Origin: Eledone cirrhosa
Lineage: Eukaryota
Reading direction: 5' to 3'
Length of the DNA stretch: 64,000 bases
NCBI GenBank assembly: GCA_964016885.1
Contig: OZ024759.1
Span: 12,958,001-13,022,000, forward strand
A program made the position numbers and the translations under genes. The first letter of the stretch is position 1, and each line of letters starts with the position of its first letter. Of the stretch, positions 24,806 through 37,494 are shown piece by piece. A model generated the notes under the pieces. The model worked only from the letters and a program-made list of their open reading frames with translations. It made no database searches and had not been told where the DNA came from.

Positions 24806-25075
24806 GAGACACATGGCTTAGTGGTTAGAGCATTGGCCTTGCAACCGAAAGGTTGTGAGTTCAATTCTCAGACCGGGTGATGTGTTGTTTCTTTGAGCAA
24901 GACACTTTATTTCACATTGCTCCAGTTTACTCAGCTGTAGAAATGAGATGATAGGACTGGGGTCCCTATCATTCCACTGCAAAGTGGTTGTGGAGGTGCT
25001 ACCGCAAAAAAGCACCCAGCCCACACTGTAAAGTGGACATGTAGGCGCCATGGAAAAAAAGCACCCAGCACTCAC
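24806..25075 (+). mobile_element. SINE family A, 3'-truncated
   Basis: tRNA-like head identical in structure to 29249. Confidence 0.85.
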
Positions 25076-25289
25076 AGAAAAATGTATACACACTTTGATT
25101 ACCTGTATCTGCAATATTTATTAGAATGCTGTTGAAGTATGTGTGTGTGTGTGTGTGTGTGTGTTTATACAGTGTGTATCATCAACACCCACACAACCCA
25201 CAACCATCACCCACATCAACACCACCCACCATCAAATGCAACAAGAACAGCCAAGGTGATTTCTCTAAAACCACTCAACCAAAGAACCA

Positions 25290-25910
25290 CACCCCCTAGC
25301 AACAAACACCACACCTCTTGGCAACAAACATCACACCTCTTGGCAACAAACACCACATCCCCTGGCAACAAACACCCCACCCTCTGGCAACAAACGCCAC
25401 ACCCCCTGGCAACAAACACCACACCCCTTGGCAACAAACACCCCATCCCCTGGCAACAAACACCACACCCCCTGGCAACAAACACCCCACCCCCTGGCAA
25501 CAAACACCACACCCTCTGGCAACAAACACCCCACCCCCTGGCAACAAACACCACACCCCCTGGCAACAAACACCACAGCCCCTGGCAACAAACACCACAC
25601 CCCCTGGCAACAAACACCCCACCCACTGGCAACAAACACCCCACCCCCTGGCAACAAACACCACACCCCCTGGCAACAAACACCCCACCCACTGGCAACA
25701 AACACCACACCCTCTGGCAACAAACACCCCACCCACTGGCAACAAACACCACACCCCCTGGCAACAAACACCCCACCCACTGGCAACAAACACCACACCC
25801 CCTGGCAACAAACACCACACCCCCTGGCAACAAACACCACACCCCCTGGCAACAAACACCCCACCCACTGGCAACAAACACCACACCCTCTGGCAACAAA
25901 CACCCCACCA
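25290..25910. repeat. 22-bp minisatellite (TGGCAACAAACACCACACCCCC)n, ~28 copies
   Basis: Direct inspection. Confidence 0.95.
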
Positions 25911-26639
25911 TTTCTAAGAATACAGGTTCTGTTAGGTTGGCTTGTGAAATAAATGTTTGAAGCAGTAAACATTCCTGTATGATCCACAACAGGGTAGTCA
26001 TGTAACTAGTATGACTAATGACGTACTGATCGGTCAATCACCTCTCTACAATAGGCTCACTTGACATGCTAGACATAGCAACCAAATCTACCTTAATTTA
26101 TTTAACCATTTTCATTCTAACCTTGCCAAAATCCAGATGTGATTTTATTAAACAAAACCACTCATTCTAAAGGGGTTCTCTTTACTCCTTTTGATACCAA
26201 CCTGGCCAAAACTGGCCTTGATTCTATGAAATAAAACCACTCATTCTAAAGGGTTCCCATTTAAATTAAAACCTCGCAACATAATTTTAACTAAGACCCA
26301 TATTTTAAGTTAGTATCTAAGTAACAAAATAATCAATAAAGTTATTAAAACCCTGAAAATTCACCAATTAATTCCAATGGGCTCTATATCATCAAGAATA
26401 TAATCATAAAAGGATTAAAGGGTTTGGATCTATATTAAAATCTTCCAACATAATTTTATATAAAAACCATGTTAAGTTACCATCTTAATAATGAAATAAT
26501 TAATTAAAACAGGGTACATTTCATTAGAAATATGGTCCATGAAAGGTTTAAAGAAAGTTTCTGTTCTACTAAAAATTTTGTCAGCACTGAGATTGTCTTG
26601 GTTTCATATGACTTAGGTAACAGGATTGAGGGTCTCAGC

Positions 26640-28420
26640 TTTAAACCTTTCATTACCATATTTCTAATGAAAGGCATTGTATATGTCATTAACCCTTTCA
26701 TTACCATATTTCTAATGAAAGACACTGTCTATGTCATTAACCCTTTCATTACCATATTTCTAATGAAAGACACTGTATATGTCATTAACCCTTTTATTAC
26801 CATATTTCTAATGAAAGACACTGTATATGTCATTAACCCTTTTATTACTATATTTCTAATGAAAGACACTGTCTATGTCATTAACCCTTTCATTACCATA
26901 TTTCTAATGAAAGACACTGTCTATGTCATTAACCCTTTCATTACCATATTTCTAATGAAAGACACAGTATATGTCATTAACCCTTTCATTACCATATTTC
27001 TAATGAAAGTCACAGTCAAAGGTTTACAAATCATTTTGAAAATAATAAAAAATTTGGAGGGATTTAATAATATAACAAACTTTCCCATTATTATGTTTGT
27101 GTTTGGAATATAACTTAAATATTCTTACATAAAATTATCATTGCAAGTGTTTAGATAAATATAAACACATTAAAACAAACAGTTTTGTATCACAGAACCT
27201 AGGGTATTTGGAACTTAACTTAACAAAGGATGTTACATAAAATTATCATTGCAAGTTTTTAGATAAATATAAACACATTAAAACAAACAGTTTTGTATCA
27301 TAGAACCTAGGGTATTTGGAACTTAACTTAACAAAGGATGTTACATAAAATTATCATTGCAAGTTTTTAGATAAATATAAACACATTAAAACAAACAGTT
27401 TTGTATCACAGAACCTAGGGTATTTGGAACTTAACTTAACAGAGGATGTTACATAAAATTATCATTGCAAGTTTTTAGATAAATATAAACACATTAAAAC
27501 AAACAGTTTTGTATCACAGAACCTAGGGTATTTGGAACTTAACTTAACAAAGGATGTTACATATAATTATCATTGCTAGTTTTTAGATAAATATAAACAC
27601 ATTAAAACAAACAGTTTTGTATCACAGAACCTAGGGTATTTGGAACTTAACTTAACAAAGGATGTTACATAAAATTATCATTGCAAGTTTTTAGATAAAT
27701 ATAAACACATTAAAACAAACAGTTTTGTATCATAGAACCTAGGGTATTTGGAACTTAACTTAACAAAGGATGTTACATAAAATTATCATTGCAAGTTTTT
27801 AGATAAATATAAACACATTAAAACAAACAGTTTTGTATCATAGAACCTAGGGTATTTGGAACTTAACTTAACAAAGGATGTTACATAAAATTATCATTGC
27901 AAGTTTTTAGATAAATATAAACACATTAAAACAAACAGTTTTGTATCATAGAACCTAGGGTATTTGGAACTTAACTTAACAAAGGATGTTACATAAAATT
28001 ATCATTGCAAGTTTTTAGATAAATATAAACACATTAAAACAAACAGTTTTGTATCATAGAACCTAGGGTATTTGGAACTTAACTTAACAAAGGATGTTAC
28101 ATAAAATTATCATTGCAAGTTTTTAGATAAATATAAACACATTAAAACAAACAGTTTTGTATCATAGAACCTAGGGTATTTGGAACTTAACTTAACAAAG
28201 GATGTTACATAAAATTATCATTGCAAGTTTTTAGATAAATATAAACACATTAAAACAAACAGTTTTGTATCATAGAACCTAGGGTATTTGGAACTTAACT
28301 TAACAAAGGATGTTACATAAAATTATCATTGCAAGTTTTTAGATAAATATAAACACATTAAAACAAACAGTTTTGTATCATAGAACCATGTGTGGTTTCA
28401 GGTGGTTTAGTATAAAACAT
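26640..28420 (+). mobile_element. Probable piggyBac-type MITE remnant with a 48-bp array of its TTAA+terminus (26640-27015) and an internal 108-bp array (~12 copies, 27110-28387)
   Basis: Unit TTAACCCTTTCATTACCATATTTCTAATGAAAGACACTGTATATGTCA; the 108-bp period is clear (27181, 27721, 28261 are 540 apart); right end degenerate. Confidence 0.6.
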
Positions 28421-28549
28421 TGTTAGGAGGGACTGAGGAAAGATGATTGCTTTCCTCCTCTTTTTGTTGTTTGAATGTGTACCATGTCTTTATCTCCCTT
28501 AGATCCTGTTTAATATTGATTTAGCGACAGAAGATAATTATATTTAGTC

Positions 28550-28965
28550 TGGTGATGCGTAATAGTAACATATGTATACAGCAAAGTATAAACGAACTGA
28601 GAGAGAAACTAGGCATAAGAGGAATCAAATGGTGTGTGCAGGAGACGAGATTATGTTGGTATGGACATGTGATGCATATGAAGGATAGCAGCTGTATAAA
28701 AAGGTGTAGAGCACTGAAAGTCGATGGATGCTATGGAGTGGGGAGACCTAAGAAGACTTGGAATGAATGAGGTGATAAAATCTGACCATGCCCAGTTGTC
28801 CCTCTCGAAGGCAATGATGCAGGACCAAGATCTCTGGCGTCATGCAGTAATACAGAAGACCCGACTTCCCGTGGGCACAGGCCGAAGCTGAAGCACATAT
28901 ATACAGTATGCCACCCTCCCACATGTAGGTATCACAACAAAAAAGCATCCAGCCCACACCGGCAA
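28550..28965 (+). mobile_element. RTE LINE 3' fragment
   Basis: LREKLGIRGIKWCVQETRLCWYGHVMHM...GRPKKTW. Confidence 0.88.
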
Positions 28966-29248
28966 AAGTGCTGGGGAGATTGTTAGAGCCACAAAGCATG
29001 CCAAATCTACTGTTTCTAGAGTTGTAGCCAATTTAAAGAGAAGTCAGGATGTTCAGAGAGAGCCTCACAGTCCTATCAGTGACTAAAAACATACACCTCG
29101 CTTCTTAGCAGGACTTAAAATATCAATTGAGTCAAACCCATCAAAATCAATGGCAATGTTGGCTCAAGATCGAGGAACCAATATAATGACCATTTCTAGG
29201 GCTGTGGGACCTCCATATGAAATTGTACATGAGGAGACATGGAGGCAC

Positions 29249-29598
29249 ATGGAGGCACATGGCTTAGTGGTTAGAGCATTGGCCTTGCAATCGAAAGGTT
29301 GTGAGTTCAATTCTCAGACCGGGTGATGTGTTGTTTCCTTGAGCAAGACACTTTATTTCACATTGCTCCAGTTTACTCAGCTGTAGAAATGAGATGATAG
29401 GGACTGAGATCCATATCATTCAACTGCAAAGTGGTCGTGGAGGTGCCACGGCAAAAAAGCACCCAGCACTCACTGTAAATGAGGTTGGTGTTAGGAAGGG
29501 CATCCAGCTGTAGAAATCAAGCCAGAATCAGTTCCCGTCCCACCCTTGCAAGCAGGGAAAAAGCGGACGTAAAATGAAATGATGATGATGATGATGAT
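29249..29598 (+). mobile_element. Full-length SINE family A: tRNA(Ala)-like head, CORE-like domain, RTE-shared tail
   Basis: A box TGGCTTAGTGG, TGC anticodon loop, B box GAGTTCAATTC; CCTTGAGCAAGACACTT...CAGTTTACTCAGCTGTAGAAATG resembles the MIR CORE; (GAT)n tail; TSD-like GAGACA on both sides. Confidence 0.88.
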
Positions 29599-30039
29599 GA
29601 GACACCGTAACATCCTAACTACCCGCTCCAAAGCCATTTGAGCTGAAAGAAGTCCCAAACTTCTTAGTCATCTGAAACATTGTGGCAGAAACGTCTACAT
29701 CTTTATGGATGAAAAGAAAATAGTGGTAGATGGAAGTTGCAAACCATCAAAACTCATGAGTGATAGCGTACGACCCTTTCCAAGTTCCTTTAGCTATGCA
29801 TAGCAAGAATCCAGCTTCCATTATGGTCTTTGGAGCTGTTGCAAGTGATGGGAAGTTGATGCCTACTAATTTTATTGAAGCAGGTCTTAAAATCAACACA
29901 GCAGAGTATCTCAACCTCATAGAAGTGTTATTGCCTTGGATTAGGAAGCACTATGATGCAAGTTGAGTCAAGTTTCTACAGGACTCAACACCCTCAAAAA
30001 GAGTGCAAAAATTTTTGAAGAAGAAAATGCCCAGATTTG

Positions 30040-30043
<4 letters not shown>

Positions 30044-30071
<28 letters not shown>

Positions 30072-30410
30072 CCGTTTTACGTCCGTTCTTCCACGCTAGC
30101 ATGGGTTAGACGGGTTGTCCTGTTGTGGGCAGTGTCTGGTCGGCTGACCATGCCTTGCTCATACAGGAACTGATCTGGCTTGATTTCTACAGCTGGATGC
30201 CCTTCCTAACACCAACCTCATTTACAGTGAGTGCTGGGTGCTTTTTTTTTCGTGGTGCCTACACGTCCACTTTACAGTGTGGGCTGGGTGCTTTTTTTGC
30301 CGTGGCACCTCCACGATCACCTTGCGGTGGGGGGAGTGGGGGCATATTGTTTATATGCTTCAGCATGTACCCATGGGAGGTCGGGTACCCTGTATTACTG
30401 CGTGACGCCA
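30044..30410 (-). mobile_element. 5'-truncated RTE insertion with GAATC TSD
   Basis: GAATC at 30039-30043 and 30411-30415; removing the insert restores PDLNPCEFW. Confidence 0.85.
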
Positions 30411-30754
30411 GAATCCGTGTGAATTTTGGCAATGGGGTGCAGTTGAAGCAATACCCAACACAACATCTCACAACTGTGTGTCTTCACTGAAGGCCTTGAT
30501 CAAGCAAGCATTCAGTAAAATGAAAAAGGAAGAAATAGTTAAGGCATGCGCATCATTTCGTAATCTGATTGAACTGGTATAGAAAGCAAATGGTGGTCAC
30601 ATTGAACTGAAATAACTTGGCATAAACATAAAATTTACAGTGTTTGATTTTTCCGAGCTATACCAATCATAATAAAGATATTTAAATGGTCCCAATTTAC
30701 CTGTTACACTTTGTATACACACACCACATATACATATATATATATACACACACA

Positions 30755-31192
30755 CACCTCTCCAAGACAATGTCACTGGACTGAGATCTTTGGCGCTACA
30801 CAGTCATACAGAAGACCCGCCTTGCCTAAGTACAAAGCGAAACCTACAGTCAGTAGGTACCTCTAACAAAATACACCCCCCGTCCCACTACCCCCACCTC
30901 ATCCACACCACAACATCCAGTCCGAAACAAATGAGGTTGTGCAGGTGTCACGACAAAAAAAAACACACAGTCCACGCTGTAATGTGGCCGTGTAGGTAAC
31001 ACGGTAAAAACCTCCCAGTCCACACTGTAAACGTGGTTGGTGTTAGGAAGGGCATCCAGCCGTAGAAAACCTGCCGCCATATAGTCCTATACGAGTGAGA
31101 CACAGTCACCCGACCAATCTTGCCCCAAGTGGGACAATTCCTGTCTAACCCATGCTAGCGTGGAAGATAGACGTTAAACGATGATGATGATA
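30755..31192 (+). mobile_element. RTE 3' end fragment
   Basis: Near-identical to 46450-46903; (GAT)n tail. Confidence 0.85.
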
Positions 31193-31462
31193 TACATACA
31201 CACACCACATATACATATACATACACACACACACACCACATATACATATATATACACACACACACACACCACATATACATATATATACACACACCACATA
31301 TACATACGTATATATATACACACACACACACCACATATACATATATATACACACACACCACATATACATATATACACACACACACCACACACAGATATAT
31401 ATATATACACACACACATCACATACATATACACACACCACACAAATATACACTATATATACA

Positions 31463-32550
31463 CATCATCATCATCATTTTACGTCCGCTTTTCCCTGCTT
31501 GCAAGGGTTGGACGGGTCTTATTCAGCACAGCATCTCTCCACTCGTCACAGTCCTTCGTCATCTCCACTGTGAGTTTCAGCAATCTGAGGTCTGCTCTCA
31601 CCACCTCCGCCCATGTTTTTCGTGGTCTACCTCTACCACGTCTTCCTTCAACTGGCATTTCCTGGCACTTCTTCACCCATCGGTCATCCTCCATGCGCAT
31701 CACATGTCCATACCACCTCAGTCTCCTCTCTCGCACACTACATTCTATCCCTCTCAGACACAGTTTCTCTCTCAACACATCACATGTCCATACCACCTCA
31801 GTCTCCTCTCTCGCACACTACATTCTATCCCTCTCAGACACAGTTTCTCTCTCAACACATCACATGTCCATACCACCTCAGTCTCCTCTCTCGCACACTA
31901 CATTCTATCCCTCTCAGACACAGTTTCTCTCTCAACACATCACATGTCCATACCACCTCAGTCTCCTCTCTCGCACACTACATTCTATCCCTCTCAGACA
32001 CAGTTTCTCTCTCAACACATCACATGTCCATACCACCTCAGTCTCCTCTCTCGCACACTACATTCTATCCCTCTCAGACACAGTTTCTCTCTCAACACAT
32101 CACATGTCCATACCATCTCAGTCTCCTCTCTCGCACACTACATTCTATCCCTCTCAGACACAGTTTCTCTCTCAACACATCACATGTCCATACCACCTCA
32201 GTCTCCTCTCCCGTACACTACATTCTATCCCTCTCAGACACAGTTTCTCTCTCAACACATCACATGTCCATACCACTTCAGTCTCCTCTCCCGTACACTA
32301 CATTCTATCCCTCTCAGACACAGTTTCTCTCTCAACACATCACATGTCCATACCACTTCAGTCTCCTCTCCCGTACACTACATTCTATCCCTCTCAGACA
32401 CAGTTTCTCTCTCAACACATTTATGCTGGGTTGTTCACGCACATTTACACTGCACATCCAACGGAGCATGCTTACCTCATTTCTCTCCAGCCGTCGCATA
32501 TCCTCTGCAGTTGCTGCCCATGTCTCACTACCATGCAGCATCGCGCTACC
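31463..32550 (-). mobile_element. RTE 3' fragment with an internal 80-bp tandem array (~9 copies, 31700-32420)
   Basis: AMLHGSETW...RLRWYGHVMRMEDDRWVKKC...GRPRKTW; the unit covers LREKLCLRGIECSVRERRLRWYGHVM. Confidence 0.92.
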
Positions 32551-32979
32551 ATGAAATAGAAACCCCATCGCGCTACACACTAAATAGAAACCCCATGTTT
32601 CTGATATAAAGGAGGAGGAAGGAGTGTATGTTGGTGTTGACCTCTAAAAATGTCTGGGGTAAGCCAAAACCTCCATGAGTGATGGCGAGACTAAGTCACT
32701 GGAATAGCAAAGTACTCTCACTAGCATCACATTTGTCAGTAAGGCTGGGTGATGGCAAGACTAAGACACTGGAACAACTAAGTACTCTCACTAGCATAAA
32801 ATATGTCAGTATGGCTGGGTGATGGTGAGACTAAGACACTGGAACAACTAAGTACTCTCACTAGTATCACATTTGTCAGTATGGCTGGGTGGTAGTAAGA
32901 CTAAGACACTGGAATAGCCAAGCACTTTCACCAGGAGAGTCAAATGGGTGAGAGTGTGAGAGGGAGGGAGAGAGTGTGA

Positions 32980-33056
<77 letters not shown>

Positions 33057-34195
33057 TGAGGGAGAGGAGGAAAGTGTGAGAGGAAGGGAGAGAGTGTGAA
33101 AGAGAGTTGAGAGGGAGGGAGAGAGTGGGAGAGGGAGGGAGAGTGGGAGAGAGAGAGAGGAGGAGGAGAGTGTGTGAGGGAGAGGAGGAAAGTGAGGGGG
33201 AGAGGAGAGTGTGAGAGGGCAGAAGAGTGTGAGAGGTGGGAGAAAGTGGGAGAGAGTGTGAGGGGGTGGGAGAGAGTGTGAGAGGGAAGGAGAGAGTGTG
33301 AGAGGGAAGGAGAGAGTGTGAGGGGGTGGGAGAGAGTGGGAGAGAGTATGAGAGGGTGGGAGAGAGTATGAGAGGGTGGAAGAGAGTATGAGAGGGTGGG
33401 AGAGAGGTGGGAGAAAGGGGGAGAGAGACGTGGGAGAGAGAAGAGACGAGGAGAGGAGAGAGTGTGAAATAGGAGAGAGGGGTAGAGAAGGAAGAGTGAA
33501 AGTAGAGAAGTGAGAGAGAGGAGGAGAAAGAGGAAGTATTAATCCCCCTCCCGCTCCCTCTAATAATTGTTTTCAAAGTAAAGAAAAAAGAAAAGAAAAG
33601 AAAATGGAAAAGAAAGAAACAAACAAATAAAAATTAAAAAACTTTAAAAAATACCAAAATAATAAAAATAAACCAAGACCAACAATAAAACAGATTTAGT
33701 GAAATTGTGAAGTTTAGTTTTTTAGTTTAAAATTTAAATTCCATCCAAAATAAATTGAACATAGGAAAAATAAAAGTAAAAAGTGTATAAAAAATATAAG
33801 GTAAAGAAGATAAAAAAATATAGGGTTTAGGGAGAGAGAATGGAAAATATAGCCCTTCCCTTATTACAGCCAGTAAAGTACCCTATATTGACGGGGTATG
33901 GGAGGGGCGATAACTGAGTGAGGGAGGGGGAGAGGGGGAGATAGGGGGAAAGATGAAGAGAGGGGGAGAACTGAGTGAGGGAGGGGGAGAGACCTGAGTG
34001 AGGGAGAGAGAGAGTGAGTGAGAGAGAGCGAGAGAGGGAGTAGAGTGAGAGGGGGGGGGGGACTGAGAGAGACGGCAAGAGAGAACTGAGAGAGAGGGCA
34101 AGAGAGAGAGAGAGAGAGAAGAGATAGGAAAGAGAAATAAGCAACAACAGCGATAAAAACAATGTGTTTGATCAGCAAGCAAAGAGGAAGAGGGG

Positions 34196-34286
<91 letters not shown>

Positions 34287-34330
34287 GTGGATAGAGAGAG
34301 AGTAACAAAATTTAAAACTAGCAGGCTTAC

Positions 34331-34363
34331 TTTTCAAAAAGATCAACAACTACTGAGAGATTT
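34331..34363 (-). other. Candidate 33-nt exon (possibly an RNF41 5'UTR exon)
   Basis: Minus strand TTTTTTTTGTATTTTTTTTTACCTCTTTTCCAG|AAATCTCTCAGTAGTTGTTGATCTTTTTGAAAA|GTAAGC; splice signals only, no transcript evidence. Confidence 0.35.
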
Positions 34364-34422
34364 CTGGAAAAGAGGTAAAAAAAAATACAAAAAAAATAAT
34401 GAAAAATGAAAAGTAAAACATA

Positions 34423-34468
<46 letters not shown>

Positions 34469-34669
34469 TAATATCTTTATTGGCCACAAGGGCTGACATG
34501 TAGGGGGCAATACAAAGACAGGGACAGTAGGGGGTTACAATAAAAGTCCACAATGGCAGGACCTTTTTAACAATGAGAATATAAAATTAACTATGTAATA
34601 ATTAACTATGTAATAATAATAATAATATTTTCTTTATTAACCACAAGGGTTGACAAAGTATAACATTAA

Positions 34670-36385
34670 GGACAGTACAGGATGGTACAGGACGGTATAG
34701 GATGGTACAGGACGGTATAGGATGGTACAGGATAGTATAGGATGGTACAGGATAGTATAGGATGGTATAGGATGGTATAGGATGGTACAGGACGGTACAG
34801 GATGGTATAGGATGGTATAGGATGGTACAGGACGGTATAGGATGGTACAGGATAGTATAGGATGGTACAGGACGGTACAGGATGGTGTAGGATGGTATAG
34901 GATGGTACAGGACGGTATAGGATGGTACAGGACAGTACAAGATTGCAGGATAGTGCAGGACGGTACAGGATAGTGCAGGACGGTATAGGATGGTGCAGGA
35001 CAGTACAGGATGGGGCAGGACAGTACAGAATGGGGCAGGACGGTATAGGATGGTGCAGGACAGTACAGAATGGGGCAGGACGGTATAGGATGGTGCAGGA
35101 CAGTACAGGACAGTACAGGATTACAAGATAGTACAGGATGGTACAGGACAGTACAAGATTGCAGGATAGTGCAGGACAGTACAGAATGGGGCAGGACGGT
35201 ATAGGATGGTGCAGGACAGTACAGAATGGGGCAGGACGGTATAGGATGGTGCAGGACAGTACAGGATGGGGCAGGACAGTACAGAATGGGGCAGGACGGT
35301 ATAGGATGGTGCAGGACAGTACAGGATGGGGCAGGACAGTACAGAATGGGGCAGGACGGTATAGGATGGTGCAGGACAGTACAGGATGGGGCAGGACAGT
35401 ACAGAATGGGGCAGGACGGTATAGGATGGTGCAGGACAGTACAGAATGGGGCAGGACGGTATAGGATGGTGCAGGACAGTACAGGATGGGGCAGGACAGT
35501 ACAGAATGGGGCAGGACGGTATAGGATGGTGCAGGACAGTACAGGATGGGGCAGGACAGTACAGAATGGGGCAGGACGGTATAGGATGGTGCAGGACAGT
35601 ACAGAATGGGGCAGGACGGTATAGGATGGTGCAGGACAGTACAGGATGGGGCAGGACAGTACAGAATGGGGCAGGACGGTATAGGATGGTGCAGGACAGT
35701 ACAGGATGGGGCAGGACAGTACAGAATGGGGCAGGACGGTATAGGATGGTGCAGGACAGTACAGGACAGTACAGGATTACAAGATAGTACAGGATGGTAC
35801 AGGACAGTACAGGATGGGGCAGGACGGTATAGGATGGTGCAGGACAGTACAGGACAGTACAGGATTACAAGATAGTACAGGATGGTGCAGGACAGTACAG
35901 GATGGGGCAGGACAGTACAGAATGGGGCAGGACGGTATAGGATGGTGCAGGACAGTACAGGATGGGGCAGGACAGTACAGAATGGGGCAGGACGGTATAG
36001 GATGGTGCAGGACAGTACAGAATGGGGCAGGACGGTATAGGATGGTGCAGGACAGTACAGGACAGTACAGGATTACAAGATAGTACAGGATGGTACAGGA
36101 CAGTACAGGATGGGGCAGGACAGTACAGGATGGTATAGGATGGTACAGGATGGTGCAAGACAGTACAGGACAGTACAGGATTACAAGATAGTACAGGATG
36201 GTACAGGACAGTACAGGATGGGGCAGGACAGTACAGGATGGGGCAGGACAGTACAGGATGGGGCAGGACAGTACAGGATGGGGCAGGACAGTACAGGATG
36301 GGGCAGGACAGTACAGGATAGTGCAGGACAGTACAGGATTACAGGATGGTACAGGACAGTACAGGATGGTACAGGACGGTACAGA
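34670..36385. repeat. 10-bp-period satellite (AGGATGGTAC/AGGACAGTAC/AGGATGGGGC/AGAATGGGGC/AGGACGGTAT variants) with higher-order blocks
   Basis: Direct inspection; expanded from a short GGACAGTATAGGACGGTAC seed still unexpanded at ~36651-36670. Confidence 0.95.
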
Positions 36386-36958
36386 TGGGTATTTCTGCAT
36401 GTAAAAAACAAAACAAAGGATGTAACAAAACAGAAACACATAAAAAATTCCCAACAGGTGGGGGTGGTGGAGATCTCTGAGGGACACTCGTGGAGAAAGA
36501 CCACACAAAAAGCCACGGTTACCCTGACCGCTAGGGTAACTGTGGCTTTTTTTTTTGTGGGCTTTCTCCATGAGTGACTCTCGGAGATCTCTCCTCCCCC
36601 AAAATTGGGGAATTTTTAACCACAAGGGTTGACATAAAGTATAACATTAAGGACAGTATAGGACGGTACAAATGGGCATTTCTGCGTGAAAACAAATATA
36701 TACATATATATAAATATATAAATAAAAAACAAAAACAAAGGATGTAACAAATAAATGAAAACAAAGGAATAATTCACCAATGGGGTGGGGAAGACTTCTG
36801 AGGGTCACTCGTGGAGAAAGCCCACAAAAGCCACAGTTACCCTGACCGCTAGGGCAACTACCCTTTCCCAGTTTTCCTCCTACGATACCACAGGCACACG
36901 CTCAGGGCAGGTCCATTCACACGGGCCATTCTTGCCTCTCTCACCCACCTTTCAAATA
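36385..36958 (-). mobile_element. Possible Tx1/L1-like LINE 3' end, locally duplicated
   Basis: Minus strand FERWVREARMARVNG at the right end, followed by a UTR present in two copies; family assignment tentative. Confidence 0.45.
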
Positions 36959-36979
36959 TAACCACAACGTTAACAATAA

Positions 36980-37432
36980 TAATTGTTTCCACTTTTGGCA
37001 CAAGGCCAGCAATTACCCCAGTGTATTACTGGTACTTTATTTTAGATTCAATCAATCCCAGTGCGTTACTGGTACTTCGTTTTATTGACCCTGTAAGAAT
37101 GAAAAGCAAAGTAAACTTTGGTGGAATTTGAACTCAGAGCGTAAAGGGCCGTAACTCCATACAGCTAAGCATGTTGTCCGACGCTCTACCGATTCTGCCA
37201 ATCCACCACCCTACAATTATAATAATAATGATTTCTACTTTTGGCACAAGGCCAGCAATTTTGAGGGAGGAGAAAGTCGATTAAAGTGGTCCCCAGTGCA
37301 TTACTGGTACTTTATTTTATCAACCCTGTAAGGATGAAAGGTAAAGTTAATCTAGGCGGGATTTGAACTCAGAACGTAAAGGGCCATAACTAAAGACTGC
37401 AAAGCATGGTGTCTGACGCTCTACCGATTCTG
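36980..37432 (-). mobile_element. Two tandem Nin-domain SINEs (family B)
   Basis: Match the family consensus at 53440-53623. Confidence 0.85.
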
Positions 37433-37494
37433 TTATTACTCTAATAACAATAAAACAAAATAATTTAGAAAATAAATACTACTGTGAGTGTATA

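Larger units (their letters stand above)
28970..30713 (+). pseudogene. Tc1/mariner (DD37D/maT-like) transposase fossil interrupted by two retroposon insertions
   Basis: Reconstructed frame pieces: KSTVSRVV (HTH), IFMDEKK, KNPASIMVFGAVASDGK, FLQDST, PDLNPCEFWQWG, ACASFRNLIELV*KANGGHIELK*; right end CACTTTG|TA at 30713. Confidence 0.85.

Noticed and set aside
25095-25130. Possible 6-nt microexon TTGCAG|ATACAG|GTAATC on the minus strand
   Set aside because: No pyrimidine tract and no supporting context; expected by chance.
29249-29325. tRNA-Ala(TGC)-like gene (also ~24806 and ~12210-12277)
   Set aside because: It is a SINE head: no proper acceptor stem, and it is followed by a CORE-like body and (GAT)n tail.
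34922-36625. Cys/Pro-rich and Gly/Arg-rich repetitive ORFs
   Set aside because: Frames of the 10-bp satellite; no splice signals or unique coding context.
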